This document shows positions 1-11,935 of a stretch of DNA of 64,000 nt, one piece after another (within the stretch, counting starts at the first letter, position 1; every line of letters begins with the position of its first letter). A program made the translations under genes and the position numbers. The notes beneath the pieces are model-generated. The model was not told where the DNA came from. It did not search any database and saw nothing but the letters and a program-made list of their open reading frames with translations. The DNA comes from Camelus ferus. Taxonomy: Eukaryota. The stretch is from the NCBI RefSeq assembly GCF_009834535.1, contig NC_045697.1, positions 111,664,001-111,728,000 on the forward strand, read 5' to 3'.

Positions 1-306
1 TCTCCAAGAGGTTGAAGAGTGGGGGTTACTTGAGTAACTGAGCTAAAAGGAAGTAGTAGAGTATTTGAAAATGAAATTTCAGAAGTGGGGATATTTTTGA
101 GATTAATATCTTGATGGTGGTCACTGATTGTGACCATGGGAAGTGGTGCCAGGGATCAAGTAGTCACTAGAGATGTCTGGGAGCCTTTCAGTCTTACATT
201 TTAAATTGTTTATTAATGATGGATAAAACAAAGTCGTTTATACACCAACGCTGATTTTTGTATTTGTCCTTGTATTTGATGACCTTACTAAATCTAATTG
301 GCTCTA

Positions 307-752
307 CTCAGCCATAAAAACCGACAACATAACACCATTTGCAGCAACATGGATGCTCCTGGAGAATGTCATTCTAAGTGAAGTAAGCTAGAAAGAGAAA
401 GAAAAATACCATATGAGATCGCTCATATGTGTAATCTAAAACAAAAACAAAAACAGAAAAACAAAGCATAAATACAAAACAGAAATAGACTCATAGGCAT
501 AGAATACAAACTTGTGGTTGCCAAGGGGGCAGAGGGTGGGAAGGGATAGACGGGATTTCAAAATTGTAGAATAGATAAACAAGATTACACTGTATAGCAC
601 AGGGAAATATACACAAAATGTTATGATAACTCACAGAGAAAAAAATGTGACAATGAATATATACATACATATATGTTCACGTATAACTGAAAAATTGTGC
701 TCTATACTGGAATTTGACACAACATTGTAAAATGATTATAAATCAATTAAAA
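307..752 (+). mobile_element. Young LINE-1 3' end (5'-truncated), nested in an older antisense L1 remnant
   Basis: ORF2 C-terminus ([18 protein letters not shown]) plus 3' UTR and A tail. Perfect 17-bp TSD aaatctaattggctcta at 290-306 and 753-769. Confidence 0.92.
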
Positions 753-1566
753 AAATCTAATTGGCTCTAATAGATTCTCTTGGATTGTTTAGGGAGATAA
801 TGATATTACTGACAAATAGTGACAGATTTGTCTCTGCCTGTCCAATAATCTTACTTACCTTATTCTTTTTGTCTTATTGAACTGGCTAGAATAGCCAGCA
901 AAATGTTGAAGAGTACTAGTTATTATCAGGGCCCACCTTGTTCCCTAACTTTAACAGGACTACTTCTACTGTTTCATCACTAAATGTGGTGTTGCCTATG
1001 GCTTTCCCATGTATGCTCTTTATCAAACCAAGAAGTTTCCTTTTAGTCCCAGTGTATTAAGGTTTTTGTTTTATTTCTCGCTATGAAATTGGGAGTGTGT
1101 GTTACATTTTATCAAATGCTTTTTCATAATTTATGATGTTAAACATGTTTTCCTCCTGTAATTTCTTATTATAGTGGGTCTTACATTAAAAATGCAGATA
1201 CTATTTCAATTCAATTTAATAAATATTTTTGAGTGCTCACTATATGTACAAATGTGTATGTATATACATATATGTATGTGTATATATATCCCTCCGTGTA
1301 TCAAGTTATATTCTAATGAATCCATCTAACTTAGCAATTCTTCTAGGTATTTATGCTACAGATACATGCTTATATGTACCTAGGTTCAAGGGTATTTTAC
1401 TGAAACAGTTTCCCACGTTAAAAAACATTCAACAATAGGCGGGTGATAAAGGAATGATGACATATTCATGAATAGAACACTGTATAGTTATCAAAGAATG
1501 AGGTAAACACATGTGTACTGACACAAAATGTTCTGTAAGATTATTAACTTTAAAAAGAAGTGCATC

Positions 1567-2832
1567 GTTAAAACAGACACATGGGTCAATGGAATAGAGT
1601 AAAGAGCCCAAAAATAAACCCATGTTCTTATGGTCAGTTAATCCATGACAAGGGAGGCAAGAATATACAACGAAGAAAAGACAGTCTCTTCAGTAAGTGG
1701 TGCTCAGAAAATTGGACAGCCACCTGTAAAACAGTGAAATTAGAACATTTTCTCATACCATATACAAAAATAAACTCTAATTGGATTAAGACCTAAATAT
1801 AAGACATGACACAATAAAACTCCTAGAAGAGAATATAGGTAGAACAATCTTTGACATAAATCATAGCAATGCTTTTTGGATCTGTCTTCTAAAGCAAAGG
1901 AAACCAAAGCAAAAATAAACAAATGGAACCCAATTAAACCTAAAAAGTTTCGCACAGCAAAGGAAACCATCAACAAAATGAAAAGACAACCTACTGAATG
2001 AGAGAAAACATTTACAAATGATATGACTTATAAGGGGTTAATATCCAAAATATATAAACAGGTCATACAACTCAATATTAAAAAAAATCAATCAAAAATA
2101 GGCATAAAACCTGAATAGACATTTACAATTGCCGGGAAATGGAAGCAACCTAAGAGTCCATCACCAGACGAATGGATAAAGAAGATGTGGTATGTATGAA
2201 TATACAGCAGACTACTACTCAGTCATTGAAAAGAATGAAATTTTGCCACTTGCAACAACATGGATGGACTCAGATAGCATTATGCTAAGTGAATAAGTCA
2301 GATACAGAAAGACAAATACTGTATGATATCATTTATATGTGGAATCTAAAAAATAAAACAAACTAGTGAATATAATAAAAAAAAAGAAACATACACAGAT
2401 ATAGAGAACAAACCAGTGGTTACAAGCGGGAAGAGGAAAGGAGGGTGGGCAAGGTAGGAGTAGGGGATTAAGAAGTACAAACTACTGTGTATAAAATAAA
2501 TAAGCTCACAAGGATATAGTGCACAGCACAGGGAATGTAGACAATGTTTTACAATAATTATAAGTGGAATATAACCTTTAAAAATTGTGAATCACGGGCG
2601 GGGGAGGGTAAAGCTCAGTGGTAGAGCACGTGCTTAGCATGCATGAGGTCCTGGGTTCAATCCCCAGTACCTCCATTAAAATAAACAAGTAAATAAATAA
2701 ACCTAATTACCTACCCCCAAAAACAAAAAAATAAATAAGATAAATACTTCTTAAAAATTGTGACTCACCCTTTTGTACACCTGAAACTTATATAATCTTG
2801 TACATCAACTCTACCTCAACTAGAAAAAAAAT
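1567..2832 (+). mobile_element. LINE-1 3' portion (ORF2 remnant + 3' UTR) with an internal deletion and a SINE insertion
   Basis: [31 protein letters not shown]2 motif, L1 3' UTR and A tail. Flanked by aaaaagaagtg(c/t)atc repeats (1552-1566 and ~2835-2849). Confidence 0.9.
2596..2750 (+). mobile_element. tRNA-derived SINE (Vic-1-like, long-tail form)
   Basis: Pol III A box (agctcagtggtagag) and B box (gggttcaatcccc), tail aataaacctaattacc. 18-bp TSD ttaaaaattgtga(a/c)tcac at 2578-2595 and 2751-2768. Confidence 0.92.
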
Positions 2833-2917
2833 TAAAAAAGAAGTGTATCATAGATCTATTGTGCAGATGATGTGTATGTCCATGGCCTACATATATACAA
2901 AGAGAAGTGAAGGACAC

Positions 2918-3449
2918 TGATGGTGAATGTTATGTGTCAACTTGACCAGGCTAAGGGATGACCAGGTAGCTGGTAAAACACTATTTCTAGGTGTGGCTGT
3001 CAGGGTGTCTCTGGAAGAGATTAGCATTCGAATCAGTGGATAGAGTGAAGAAGATCGCCCTCAGGAAGGTGAGTGGGCATCATCCAACCCATTGTGGGAT
3101 GACTAGAACAACAAGGTGAGGGGAGGGTGAATTTGATCTCTCTGTTCAAGCTAAGACATCCACCTTCTCCTGTCCACAGACCTCAGTGCTCCTGGTTCTT
3201 GGACTTCTGGACTCAGACTGGAACTTACACCATCATCCCTGAGACCCCCATTCTCAGGCCTTCAGACTTGGACTGAAGGGCAGCACCAGCTTTCCTGTTC
3301 TCCAGCTTGCAGATGGCAGATTGTGGGACACCTTGGCATCCATAACCACAGGAACCAATTCCTATAATAAATCTCTTCTATCTATATCTCTAGCTCTGTC
3401 TATGTATTTCCTGTGGGTTCTGTTTCTCTGGGGACCCCCAACTAAGACA
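2918..3449 (+). mobile_element. MLT2-type (ERVL) solo LTR
   Basis: TG...CA ends, MLT2-like start tgatggtgaatgttatgtgtcaacttgac, 5-bp TSD GACAC/GATAC. Confidence 0.85.
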
Positions 3450-4182
3450 GATACCCACCAAACTGTAACAGTGGCAGTTACCTCTATAGAGGGAACTAGG
3501 AAGGGGAGCAGGGGACTAAAAACCCAAAATACTACTCTACGAACTTCTGTATTGTTTGAACCTTTTGCAATGAGAATTTACTTGTGTATAATTTGAGCAG
3601 TTTTAAAAAGAGAGAGAGGGAAAAAAACAAAAGCATGAAACTGCTGTGAAACCAGCAAAATTTTGACAGATGGTCTGTCAGAACTACCAGGAAAAAAATG
3701 CAAGTCCCTGGGAAAATAACAGAGAAAAAACATCAGGGAAACAGCCTTGGTTAATTAACACTAAGAAAGAGAAGGAAGTGAGGGGTAGAAAGATTATCTA
3801 AATAATTGGAATCGAAAAGCAAAGCAGGAGATCTGAGAGATCCTGCAGGGCTGTTGACTTGACCACAGCCCATTACATCTGTGATTTATGAAGATCATTT
3901 TGTCAAAATGAGAGCATCACACATCTTTCTTACAGGTCTATTTCAGAAAGTCTGGAAGGCATCATTTCATTTTAACACTCAAGAGGAAACCATCATGTGC
4001 CAAGAAAGATTTAAATATCTTCAGGGACAAGAGTATGGCTTGCCAGCTTTTAAGGAGCCAAAAATTTGCTTGTCATGCTGAACCAAGATGCTGAGCAGAA
4101 AACAGATTCTCAGCTAAAAGGCAGGAACCAAGCACAGTGACATCTGCAAGTCAGGTGTTTTTATTAAGGAGTTTTTTGGTGA

Positions 4183-4279
4183 TTTTTTTTTTTTTTTTTG
4201 AATAGAGGTACTAGGGATTGAACCCAGGACCTCACTCATGCTAAGCATGTGCTCCACCACTGAGTTATACCCTCCTCCC
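4183..4279 (-). mobile_element. tRNA-derived SINE (short form)
   Basis: Reverse-complement SINE head (ggattgaacccaggac...ccactgagttatac) preceded by poly(T). Confidence 0.88.
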
Positions 4280-5585
4280 AGGAATTTGGGTTTTTTAAAT
4301 TAACACTTTTAAATTTACAAAAAATTATTTGATACATGCTTCTCCGGTCAAAATCAGATCACATCAAAGAGGGGATGGCAGCAGCTTCCTGGAAATTTAG
4401 CCGTCCCTTTCACTGGGCTCCCTTGTTCTCCTACATTGCCTGGAGGTTGATAAAACACTTTCTCATACATTAACTCAGGGGTTCTCACAGCAAATGCAGG
4501 GCTGGTCCTTTTGATCTTATTTTATAAGTGGGAAACAGATGAAGGGAGTTGCTTCAACAAGGTCACATGAGTGAATGGCAGAGCTGGGATGCAAATCTCT
4601 GACTGCTGACTCCAGTGTTCGCCACAGTGACCTCTCAGATGGAGATAATTAATGTATTTGACCTTTCCTGGAGCCAGACTTATGAATTAGTACAAAAGAA
4701 GGAACTCAGATAGTTTGGGATGGAGCTAAAGAACTGGAGCAGAACGTGATATAAAATAAGCTTGGGGAACCGATGTAGAGAGGAGTGAATGAGCAGTGTT
4801 GATTTCGCTGGAGAGTTTTTTATTTGTCATGATTAGGCTTTTCCAAATGCCACTGCAGAACTTTGAAAGGGGAAATGCCATGATGAAAACTGTGTTTAAG
4901 GGAAATTATTTGAAGAATTCAGCCTAAGAGGAAATGGAAGAGTGGTGTATTAGAAACAAGGAGGGTGGGGCGATACAACAAAAGATGATGAGAATCAGAA
5001 ATATAAAGCACAGAAAGTTTTTGAGACCCTGGAAAGAAGAGCCATTTGGACCGTGAATGAAGAATGAAGAAGGGGTCAAAAGATAAAGTCCAAGATTTGA
5101 TACTAAGTATGCCGGGCTGGCAGTGATGCTAGGAACCAGTGGAGATGTTGACAACATGGGTAAAAATGACTCAGCCAATTACTGGCATGTAAGGTCTTAG
5201 GTGTCAATAATCAAGTGAAAATCTCTTATAAGGAGTTAGTAGTATAAATTTGGAGAAAAGTGAAAAGTGGGTGCTAGTTCTTTATATATGAAAGCCATTT
5301 ATTTAGTTAGGTGGTCATGACAATTGGGAACCTAGAGAATTGCCCAGGCCTGAGAAACACTGGAGAGGTCCACCTAGTAGCAGCCAGAGAGGGCTCTCCG
5401 ACCAGCAGGAGAGATGGAGCAGGTAGGGAAGGTTTTAGCAACAGAGCATTAACCAAAGTAGAAGGAAGAAATAGGAGTCATTTGTCTACCCGACAAGATC
5501 TGCAAGTCTGTGGAATACTGCCTAATGGAACATGCCTGGTAAACTTTGGATTCATAGCAGACATCCTTTTTGCTTTTGCTAACTT

Positions 5586-5688
5586 CTTTTTTTAAAAAAA
5601 ATTTTTTGGAGGTACTGGGGATTGAACCCAGGACCTTGCCCATGCTAAGTATGCTTGACCACGCTTGACCACTAAGCTGACCCACCCC
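5586..5688 (-). mobile_element. tRNA-derived SINE (short form)
   Basis: ggaggtactggggattgaacccaggaccttgcccatgctaag motif on the minus strand. Confidence 0.85.
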
Positions 5689-6534
5689 ATTTATTAAATG
5701 GAGGCAAGTCCTAGGCTGAAAAGCACTCATTCTGGCTGTGAAGAGGCTATTGGAGAAAGGCAGGGTGTTGGAATTACTTCATTCTAAAGATGATTATAAA
5801 AGGGAGAAAAGACAAAGCCGAGGATCAAGTTTGAGAGACAGCTCACAACGAAAGAATAGGAGAAAGGTTAGTGAAGGAGAGAGAAGGAGAGAACAGGAGA
5901 AGGAAAGAAGAGAACAAAGTAGCCCAAATCTCAGGCTGAGGTAAACTGAGACAGAAGTGCTGTTAAATGAGCCAGCAGACCAAAAACGAGGAGAATATGC
6001 CAAAAAAAAAAAAAAAAAAAAAAGATTTCAATTATTCAGTAATCAGGAAATCACTGGTGATGAGATTTTAGTGGGGATAAATGCCAAGTTGCTGGGAGGA
6101 AAGATAGTTAGTAAAGCCATAGGAAAACTGTAACCCAGCAAGACAGTAACATAATAATGTCATGACAATTGGTAGGAAAAAAAGATTGAATTTAATTGAA
6201 GAAACCTCAAATTAAATGCATAGCACCATGTTAGGTGCAAAAAACAAGTTTTAAGAAGAAACAGACGAAGTAAAGTGAGGGAAAGGTAGGAAACATGGTG
6301 GTCCCCAAAAGTCTGATGGGAAAAATCTGGGGCAAAGAAAAATTCAGGGTTCAAGTATGGCTTTAAAGGGGGATTGGTAATTACTAATCAGGTCCAAGAT
6401 TGGCAATGCTGGTCACATGACACGTAAGTGTAAGGTTGGAGTTGGGGGCAGCGAGGTGAGGGAGAAGGGTCTTATGAGGGGTCTGCAGGAAGTGGTCAGC
6501 TGTTGGGGACAGACCAGATCATTTCTAGTGACAC

Positions 6535-6742
6535 GTTGCCTTTGAGTCAAAACAGACCTGGGTTTGAAATCTGGTCCCAACACCCTCTAGCTGTGTGTGA
6601 GCTTAGGGAAGTTGCTTAACTTTTTGGAGCTGTAATTTCCCCTCTAAATTAGCTGTCTCATAGTGTTATTGTAAGAGTTACATGAGATAATGCCTTGTAA
6701 AAGCAAGTGCCTGCCATTTGGTAAGTGCTTAATAAATAGCCA
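6535..6742 (+). mobile_element. MIR SINE
   Basis: MIR core: gagtcaaaacagacctgggtttgaaatctgg...ctagctgtgtgtgagcttagggaagttgcttaac...aagtgcttaataaat. Confidence 0.75.
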
Positions 6743-6746
6743 GTAT

Positions 6747-7342
6747 TGTTGGGGGAAAATAGGTTCTTGTTTCGCCCAGGAAAGAATTCAAGAGCAAGGC
6801 GTGGTAAAGTGAAAGCAGGTTTATTTAGAGATGCACACTCCACAGACAGAGTGGGGTCTGTCTCTCTCAGAAGGGAGAGCGGCTTAGGAGATACACGCTC
6901 CATAGGCAGAATGTGAGCCATCTCAGAAAGGTGAGAGGGAGAGAAGCCGAGAGCTGTGGGATGTTTAGTTTAAAGTAAAAGCAGATACATACTCCATAGA
7001 GTGCAGGCTGTCTCAGAAGGCAAGAGAGAGCGACAGAGTGAGAGTGACCACGAGGTGCACAGTTGTTAGGTTTTGTGGGCTCAGTAATTTCATATGCTAA
7101 TGAGCAGGATTATTCCAACTACTTTGGGGAAGGGGAGAGGATTTCCAGGAAATGCCCTCTCCCACTTTTTGATCCTTTATGACCAGCCTAGGCACTGTCA
7201 TGGCCCTGTGGCTGTGCCATGTGGCTCAAGGACTACAGGAAGTCAAATCTTCTGCCATCTTGGTTCTAACCAGTGTGTCCTGTCCTCAATGGATGTGTCA
7301 TTCCTTCAATGGTTGTGCCCTGTCCCCTTCCTTGCCACTTCA
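6747..7342 (-). mobile_element. ERV1-type solo LTR
   Basis: TG...CA ends, perfect 4-bp TSD GTAT (6743-6746 and 7343-7346), minus-strand AATAAA (~6820), three internal atacac(t/g)ctcca(c/t)ag repeats. Confidence 0.85.
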
Positions 7343-7554
7343 GTATTATTAATACTTAGTGCATAAGGACAGAAACGTGGGTGTGGGGCACAGGGTTGGA
7401 TGGCATCTGAGGCACTAGGGCACTGTGGTTCTGAGGGAATGGGGTAAGGAAAGGCAGAAGTGGGGAAAACTTAGAACTCAACAGTCAGGCAGAGAAGACA
7501 GCCTTTGATACGTTCTAGAAGATACCATCAATAGTGCTATCAAAGAGGATCTGT

Positions 7555-7730
7555 ACTACTGTATAGCACAGGGAACTATATTCAATTTCTTGTAATAACA
7601 TACAATGGAAAAGAATCTGAAAAGAAAAAATATATATGCATGTATATGTAAAACTGAATCACTTTGCTGTACACCAGAAACTAACACTGTAAATCAACTA
7701 CACGTCAATAAAAAATTTAAAAAAAAAAGA
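7555..7730 (+). mobile_element. LINE-1 3' tip
   Basis: ctactgtatagcacagggaactatattcaa...aactacacgtcaataaaaaa followed by an A tail. Confidence 0.8.
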
Positions 7731-8380
7731 GAACCCTTAGAAAGCAGCTGAACAGCATTTCAATTTTAATATATTTATTATAAAACTAATACATATGAGC
7801 TATATACAAAATTAGAAAATCCATAAAATATAAAGAATGAACTTTAAAAGTAAAATTCATACTTGACTTTGGGAGATAGCCATTATTAAAATGGTGGAGC
7901 AATTCCTTGCTTTTGTTTTCTGTATACATGTGTGTATGAATGTAAGAAACTGAATCCTAGTTTTTTCACTTGACATTATATTATAGTTTTTGTCCAGACT
8001 CTAACCTATGGACATTCTTTACTGCATTTATCAAATAGTACATTTATCATTTGTTCAACATCATGTGTTAGTAGTTCAATGCACTATTGAACATCTGAGA
8101 ATTATCAATTTTCTCTAAATATGGAGAGAGATTAATATCTGTGCGTCAGTTAAAGCACTTGCATAATAGTCTATTGTGTTGGTAAGCCTTAGTTTACTTA
8201 GTCATTTAATCTCATACTTGATATTTTAACTTTTTTTCTTTCTCTTTGACATTTATTATTCAAAAAATGTCACACTGAACACATTTGAATGCATGTATTT
8301 GTGTGTGTGTTGGGGTGAAATTCCTTTAAAAAAAACCTTAAAAAAAAAAAACTTGAAAGGGGGAGAAATAAAACAAACAA

Positions 8381-8570
8381 GGGGTAGGGTAGAGCTCAGT
8401 GGTAGAGTGTGTGCTTAGCTTGCCTGAGGTCCTGGTCCCAGTACCCTCTAAAAATAAATTAAAAAATAAACCTAATTACCTCCTCTCCCCCAAAAAACTA
8501 GAAAAAAGATTATAATAAAATAAATAAATACATAAATAAATAAACCTAATTACCCCAAAAAATCTTCTAA
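8381..8570 (+). mobile_element. tRNA-derived SINE with B-box deletion and duplicated tail
   Basis: A box intact; gtcctggtcccagtacc lacks gttcaat; aataaacctaattacc occurs twice. Confidence 0.85.
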
Positions 8571-9339
8571 AAATTCCCTTAATACAGACAACCAGATTTA
8601 CCTCTAGAAAGTCTGCCAATTTTCATCCCATCGTCAGATCCTGATGGTGTCTGTTTTATCACACCTCCATCAGTAAATGAACAGTGATCATTTTCTTAAA
8701 TTCATTGGCAAATTGCTGACCAAAACAATGGTTTCTGCTTTCCTTTTCTTTTTTTTTTTTCACTAGTGAGGCTGTACATATAAATTTTTTATTGGCCATT
8801 TGTTTTTCATATAATGCTTTTTAAACCCTTTTGAAGGCAAAATGCCATTCACAGATCCTATTTTCAAGTATTATTATCAGAATCCCAGAAATAACTGCTT
8901 TCTGCAACATCTTAAGAGGGTTTTGTTTTGTTTCCTTTCAAGCTATAGCCGGGTAACAGAAGCACTTGGTTTCAACTCCCAGCAGCTCTTCATTATTTAA
9001 ATGCTGAGGTGGAAAGCTCTCGTGGATATCTGAGAGTGTGCCAGGAACAGAGGCTTCCTTATCTTCTCCTGAGTCAGTCTTCACTGCAGCTCACTGAAAG
9101 GCTAGGCTGAATAGACTCCACAGTTTTCTACCATGTAGGGTTAAGTGCCACCTCTTTCTTCAAGTTGGAAATAGACATTGGAGGTTAGAAGTGATGACTG
9201 TAATTCATTTTCAAACAAGGCGGTGGGTTTATTTCTTTTATTATGGCTAGTGGCAGTAAGGGTAGGGAACTGCAGAAATTTCAAACAGAAACAATCCTGT
9301 TTAGATAGAGGAGACCATAAAGATCACTGTAGTGAAAAC

Positions 9340-9459
9340 TTTTTTTTTTGGAGCGGGGAGATAATTAGATTTATTTATTTAATGGGGGTCCTGGAGATTG
9401 AACCCAGGACCGTGTGCGTGCTAACCATGCATTCTACCACTGAGCTATACCCTCCCCCA
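9340..9459 (-). mobile_element. tRNA-derived SINE
   Basis: Reverse SINE head and tail, flanked by tagtgaaa direct repeats. Confidence 0.87.
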
Positions 9460-10148
9460 CTAGTGAAACCCGATTTGATTTCCCAAATTTCTCTTCTTGA
9501 GGCAACTCTTTCCTGCTTTTCTTACCCTGAAGTCTATCTAAATTATCATTGACAGATTGGTTCTGCTGTGGACAGCTGTCCAAAACTTGGCCAATCCCAA
9601 TCCTTGGGAATCAGAAAATTCTTTCACCAGGTGGATGGACCTCTAGGCTAATAAAAATTTGGAATGTTTTGGGAGCCAGGTTTTCTGCCATGTGGCTTGG
9701 GAAACAGAGAAAGTTGGTCAGCGAGTAGAGAAAAATGGTGCAAAATATTTCCCTTGTTTCATTAGGATGCTGCAGGCAACCTAGCTCCAGTTCACTGGCA
9801 GGCATCCCCACCTCTTTATAATAAACTCTCTCAAGTTTTCCCTCTCTCTTTCTCTCCCTTTCTCCTTTCCTCCCTCTCCCTACCCCCATCTCTGTCTCCA
9901 GCTCTCTTCTTAGTGCTGGCCAGGGCTGGTTTCTACTTGCTGGTTTGCAGGCAAGAGAATTCTAAATAACACAACCACCCACATTCTTTTTTTTTTTTTT
10001 TTTAAACCACCCTACCTGAGAATAAAGAGCATGCTGATTATTTTAAACTGGTGAGGAAAGGATGTATTTCCTCCCCTACTGCCCTTACTCCATCTGCTAT
10101 CTTTTCTTTAGCAAAACGCTTGCAAACCATTTACTATCATAGTGTTCT

Positions 10149-10212
10149 TGTAAATGTAATCAATTTAACTGTAAATGTGATCAGTTCAATTAGTAAATGT
10201 GATCAGTTTAAT
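10149..10212. repeat. ~21-bp tandem repeat, 3 copies
   Basis: tgtaaatgtaatcaatttaac / tgtaaatgtgatcagttcaat / tagtaaatgtgatcagtttaat. Confidence 0.75.
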
Positions 10213-10408
10213 TGCAGGAAGATGTTATTGTATGATTGCCTTGGCTATTCCTCTTACTCAAAAGAATTCGAAATCTTCTAAAGGGCATTCCAATTAATCA
10301 TTTTTCTAGGTATAATCTTATATTAAAGTAAAGGCATGTTTTGAGACATACTATTGAAATATTCCCCATTTGGGGTGATGAAAACATTCTGGAATTAGAT
10401 AGCAGCAA

Positions 10409-10887
10409 TGTCTACTGAAATAAATGTGCAGCCTAAAAGTTGAGCGTTATGTTTTATTTGGCGGGAGGACTCGAGCTGGGATGACAGCCTCTCAGATGGC
10501 TCTGAGGGACTGCTCTGAAGAGGTAGGGGAGGACCCAGGATATATAGAAGCTTTACAACAAAGACCAGGTAGTTTGAACAATGAAAGATTACTTGTTATC
10601 TAAAGAAAACCAGACATCTCAAGTTAAAGAATTTAGTGCTTTTCTATGTATGGGAGGAGGCAAATATTTGGGTTCATTGGATTCATTCCTTTGACAAGCA
10701 CCTAGCTATCTAGGGCCAGTATCCTGTCCTTTCTTATTCTGAGTCCCCTCAGGGTGCACCATTGTGAGTGGCTGCAGTGGCCAGGCTGCAGGCTTGTCTT
10801 CACTGGGGGGTGGCAGCAGCCGCTGATGACTTGATGGCTTCAGCATTCTTTGTTTACTGATGTGGTTTGAAGTATTTTTCATTCTCA
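10409..10887 (-). mobile_element. ERV1-type solo LTR, copy A
   Basis: TG...CA ends, near-TSD GCAA/GTAA. Splits an old L1 3'-end remnant and is highly similar to 11443-11935. Confidence 0.88.
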
Positions 10888-11442
10888 GTAAACTTGTAAA
10901 CATGTATTTTTAATATCACTGAATTATCCACTTTAAATGGTGTTATGGTATGTGAATTAAATATCAATAAGAATTAAGAAAAACTAAAACAAACAATAGC
11001 AACAATAAAGTTGGCCACAGTGGATAATACATGTTTAAGTTAAACATAGTGTGCTGTACATTTTAAATATCTTTTCATTTTACTTGTCAATTATACCTCA
11101 ATAAAACTGAAAAAAATCATGAAATAAATAAATAAATTAGAACATGATATAATAAAATTCGTTGATGATATAATACAGAAAAAAAAAAATCTCTCAACTA
11201 CCATGCCAAAATGCCTCTAATTCTTTTATTGGAGAAACTGATCCAGGTACACAAAACATCTTGATGCAGAACCAAACGCTCTAGCCTTAGTGATGATGAA
11301 AAAGACAATGATCATCATAGTTGAGACACACTAATTAAGGTCTCACATTTTAAGACTGTCTTTAGATATTCCAATATGTCAACCTCCTAACACAATGCCT
11401 AAGTGCTATTTCAAATAATAGCTCACCTGATTTATTTAGTAC

Positions 11443-11935
11443 TGTTGACTGAAATAAACGTGCAGCCTAAAAGTTAAAAGTTATGTTTTATTTGGTGGGA
11501 GGACTCGAGCCGAGATGACAACCTCTCAGATGGCTCTGAGGGGCTGCTCCGAAGAGGTAGGGGAGGAGCTAGGATATATAGGAGCTTTACAACAAAGACC
11601 AGGTAGTTGGAACAATAAAAGATACTTGTTATCTAAAGAAAACCAGACATCTCAAGTTAAAGAATTTAGTGCTTTTCTATGTATGGGAGGGAGCAAACCT
11701 TTGGGCTCATTGAATTCATTCCTTTGACAAGCACCTAGCCATCTAGGGCCAGTATCCTGTCCTTTCTTATTCTGAATCTGCTCAGTGTACACCATTATAA
11801 GTGGCTGCAGGGGCTGGGCTGCAGGCCTGTCCCCACTGGGGGGTGGCGGCAGCCGCTGGTGACTTGGTTTCAGCATTCTTTGTTTACTGATATGTTTGCA
11901 GTATTTTCACTCACATTGCAGTATTTTCGTTCACA
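11443..11935 (-). mobile_element. ERV1-type solo LTR, copy B
   Basis: TG...CA ends, perfect TSD GTAC (11439-11442 and 11936-11939), same family as copy A. Confidence 0.9.

Noticed and set aside
2596..2675. tRNA gene (A and B boxes)
   Set aside because: It has an A-rich tail, a TSD and about 13 diverged copies in the window, so it is a tRNA-derived SINE.
10149..10212. CRISPR-like or functional repeat array
   Set aside because: Three contiguous degenerate units with no spacers in mammalian DNA; an ordinary minisatellite-type duplication. The same applies to the 21-bp duplication near 22027-22070.
10409..11935. Internally deleted provirus (LTR-internal-LTR)
   Set aside because: Each LTR has its own TSD, and the spacer is host/L1 sequence.
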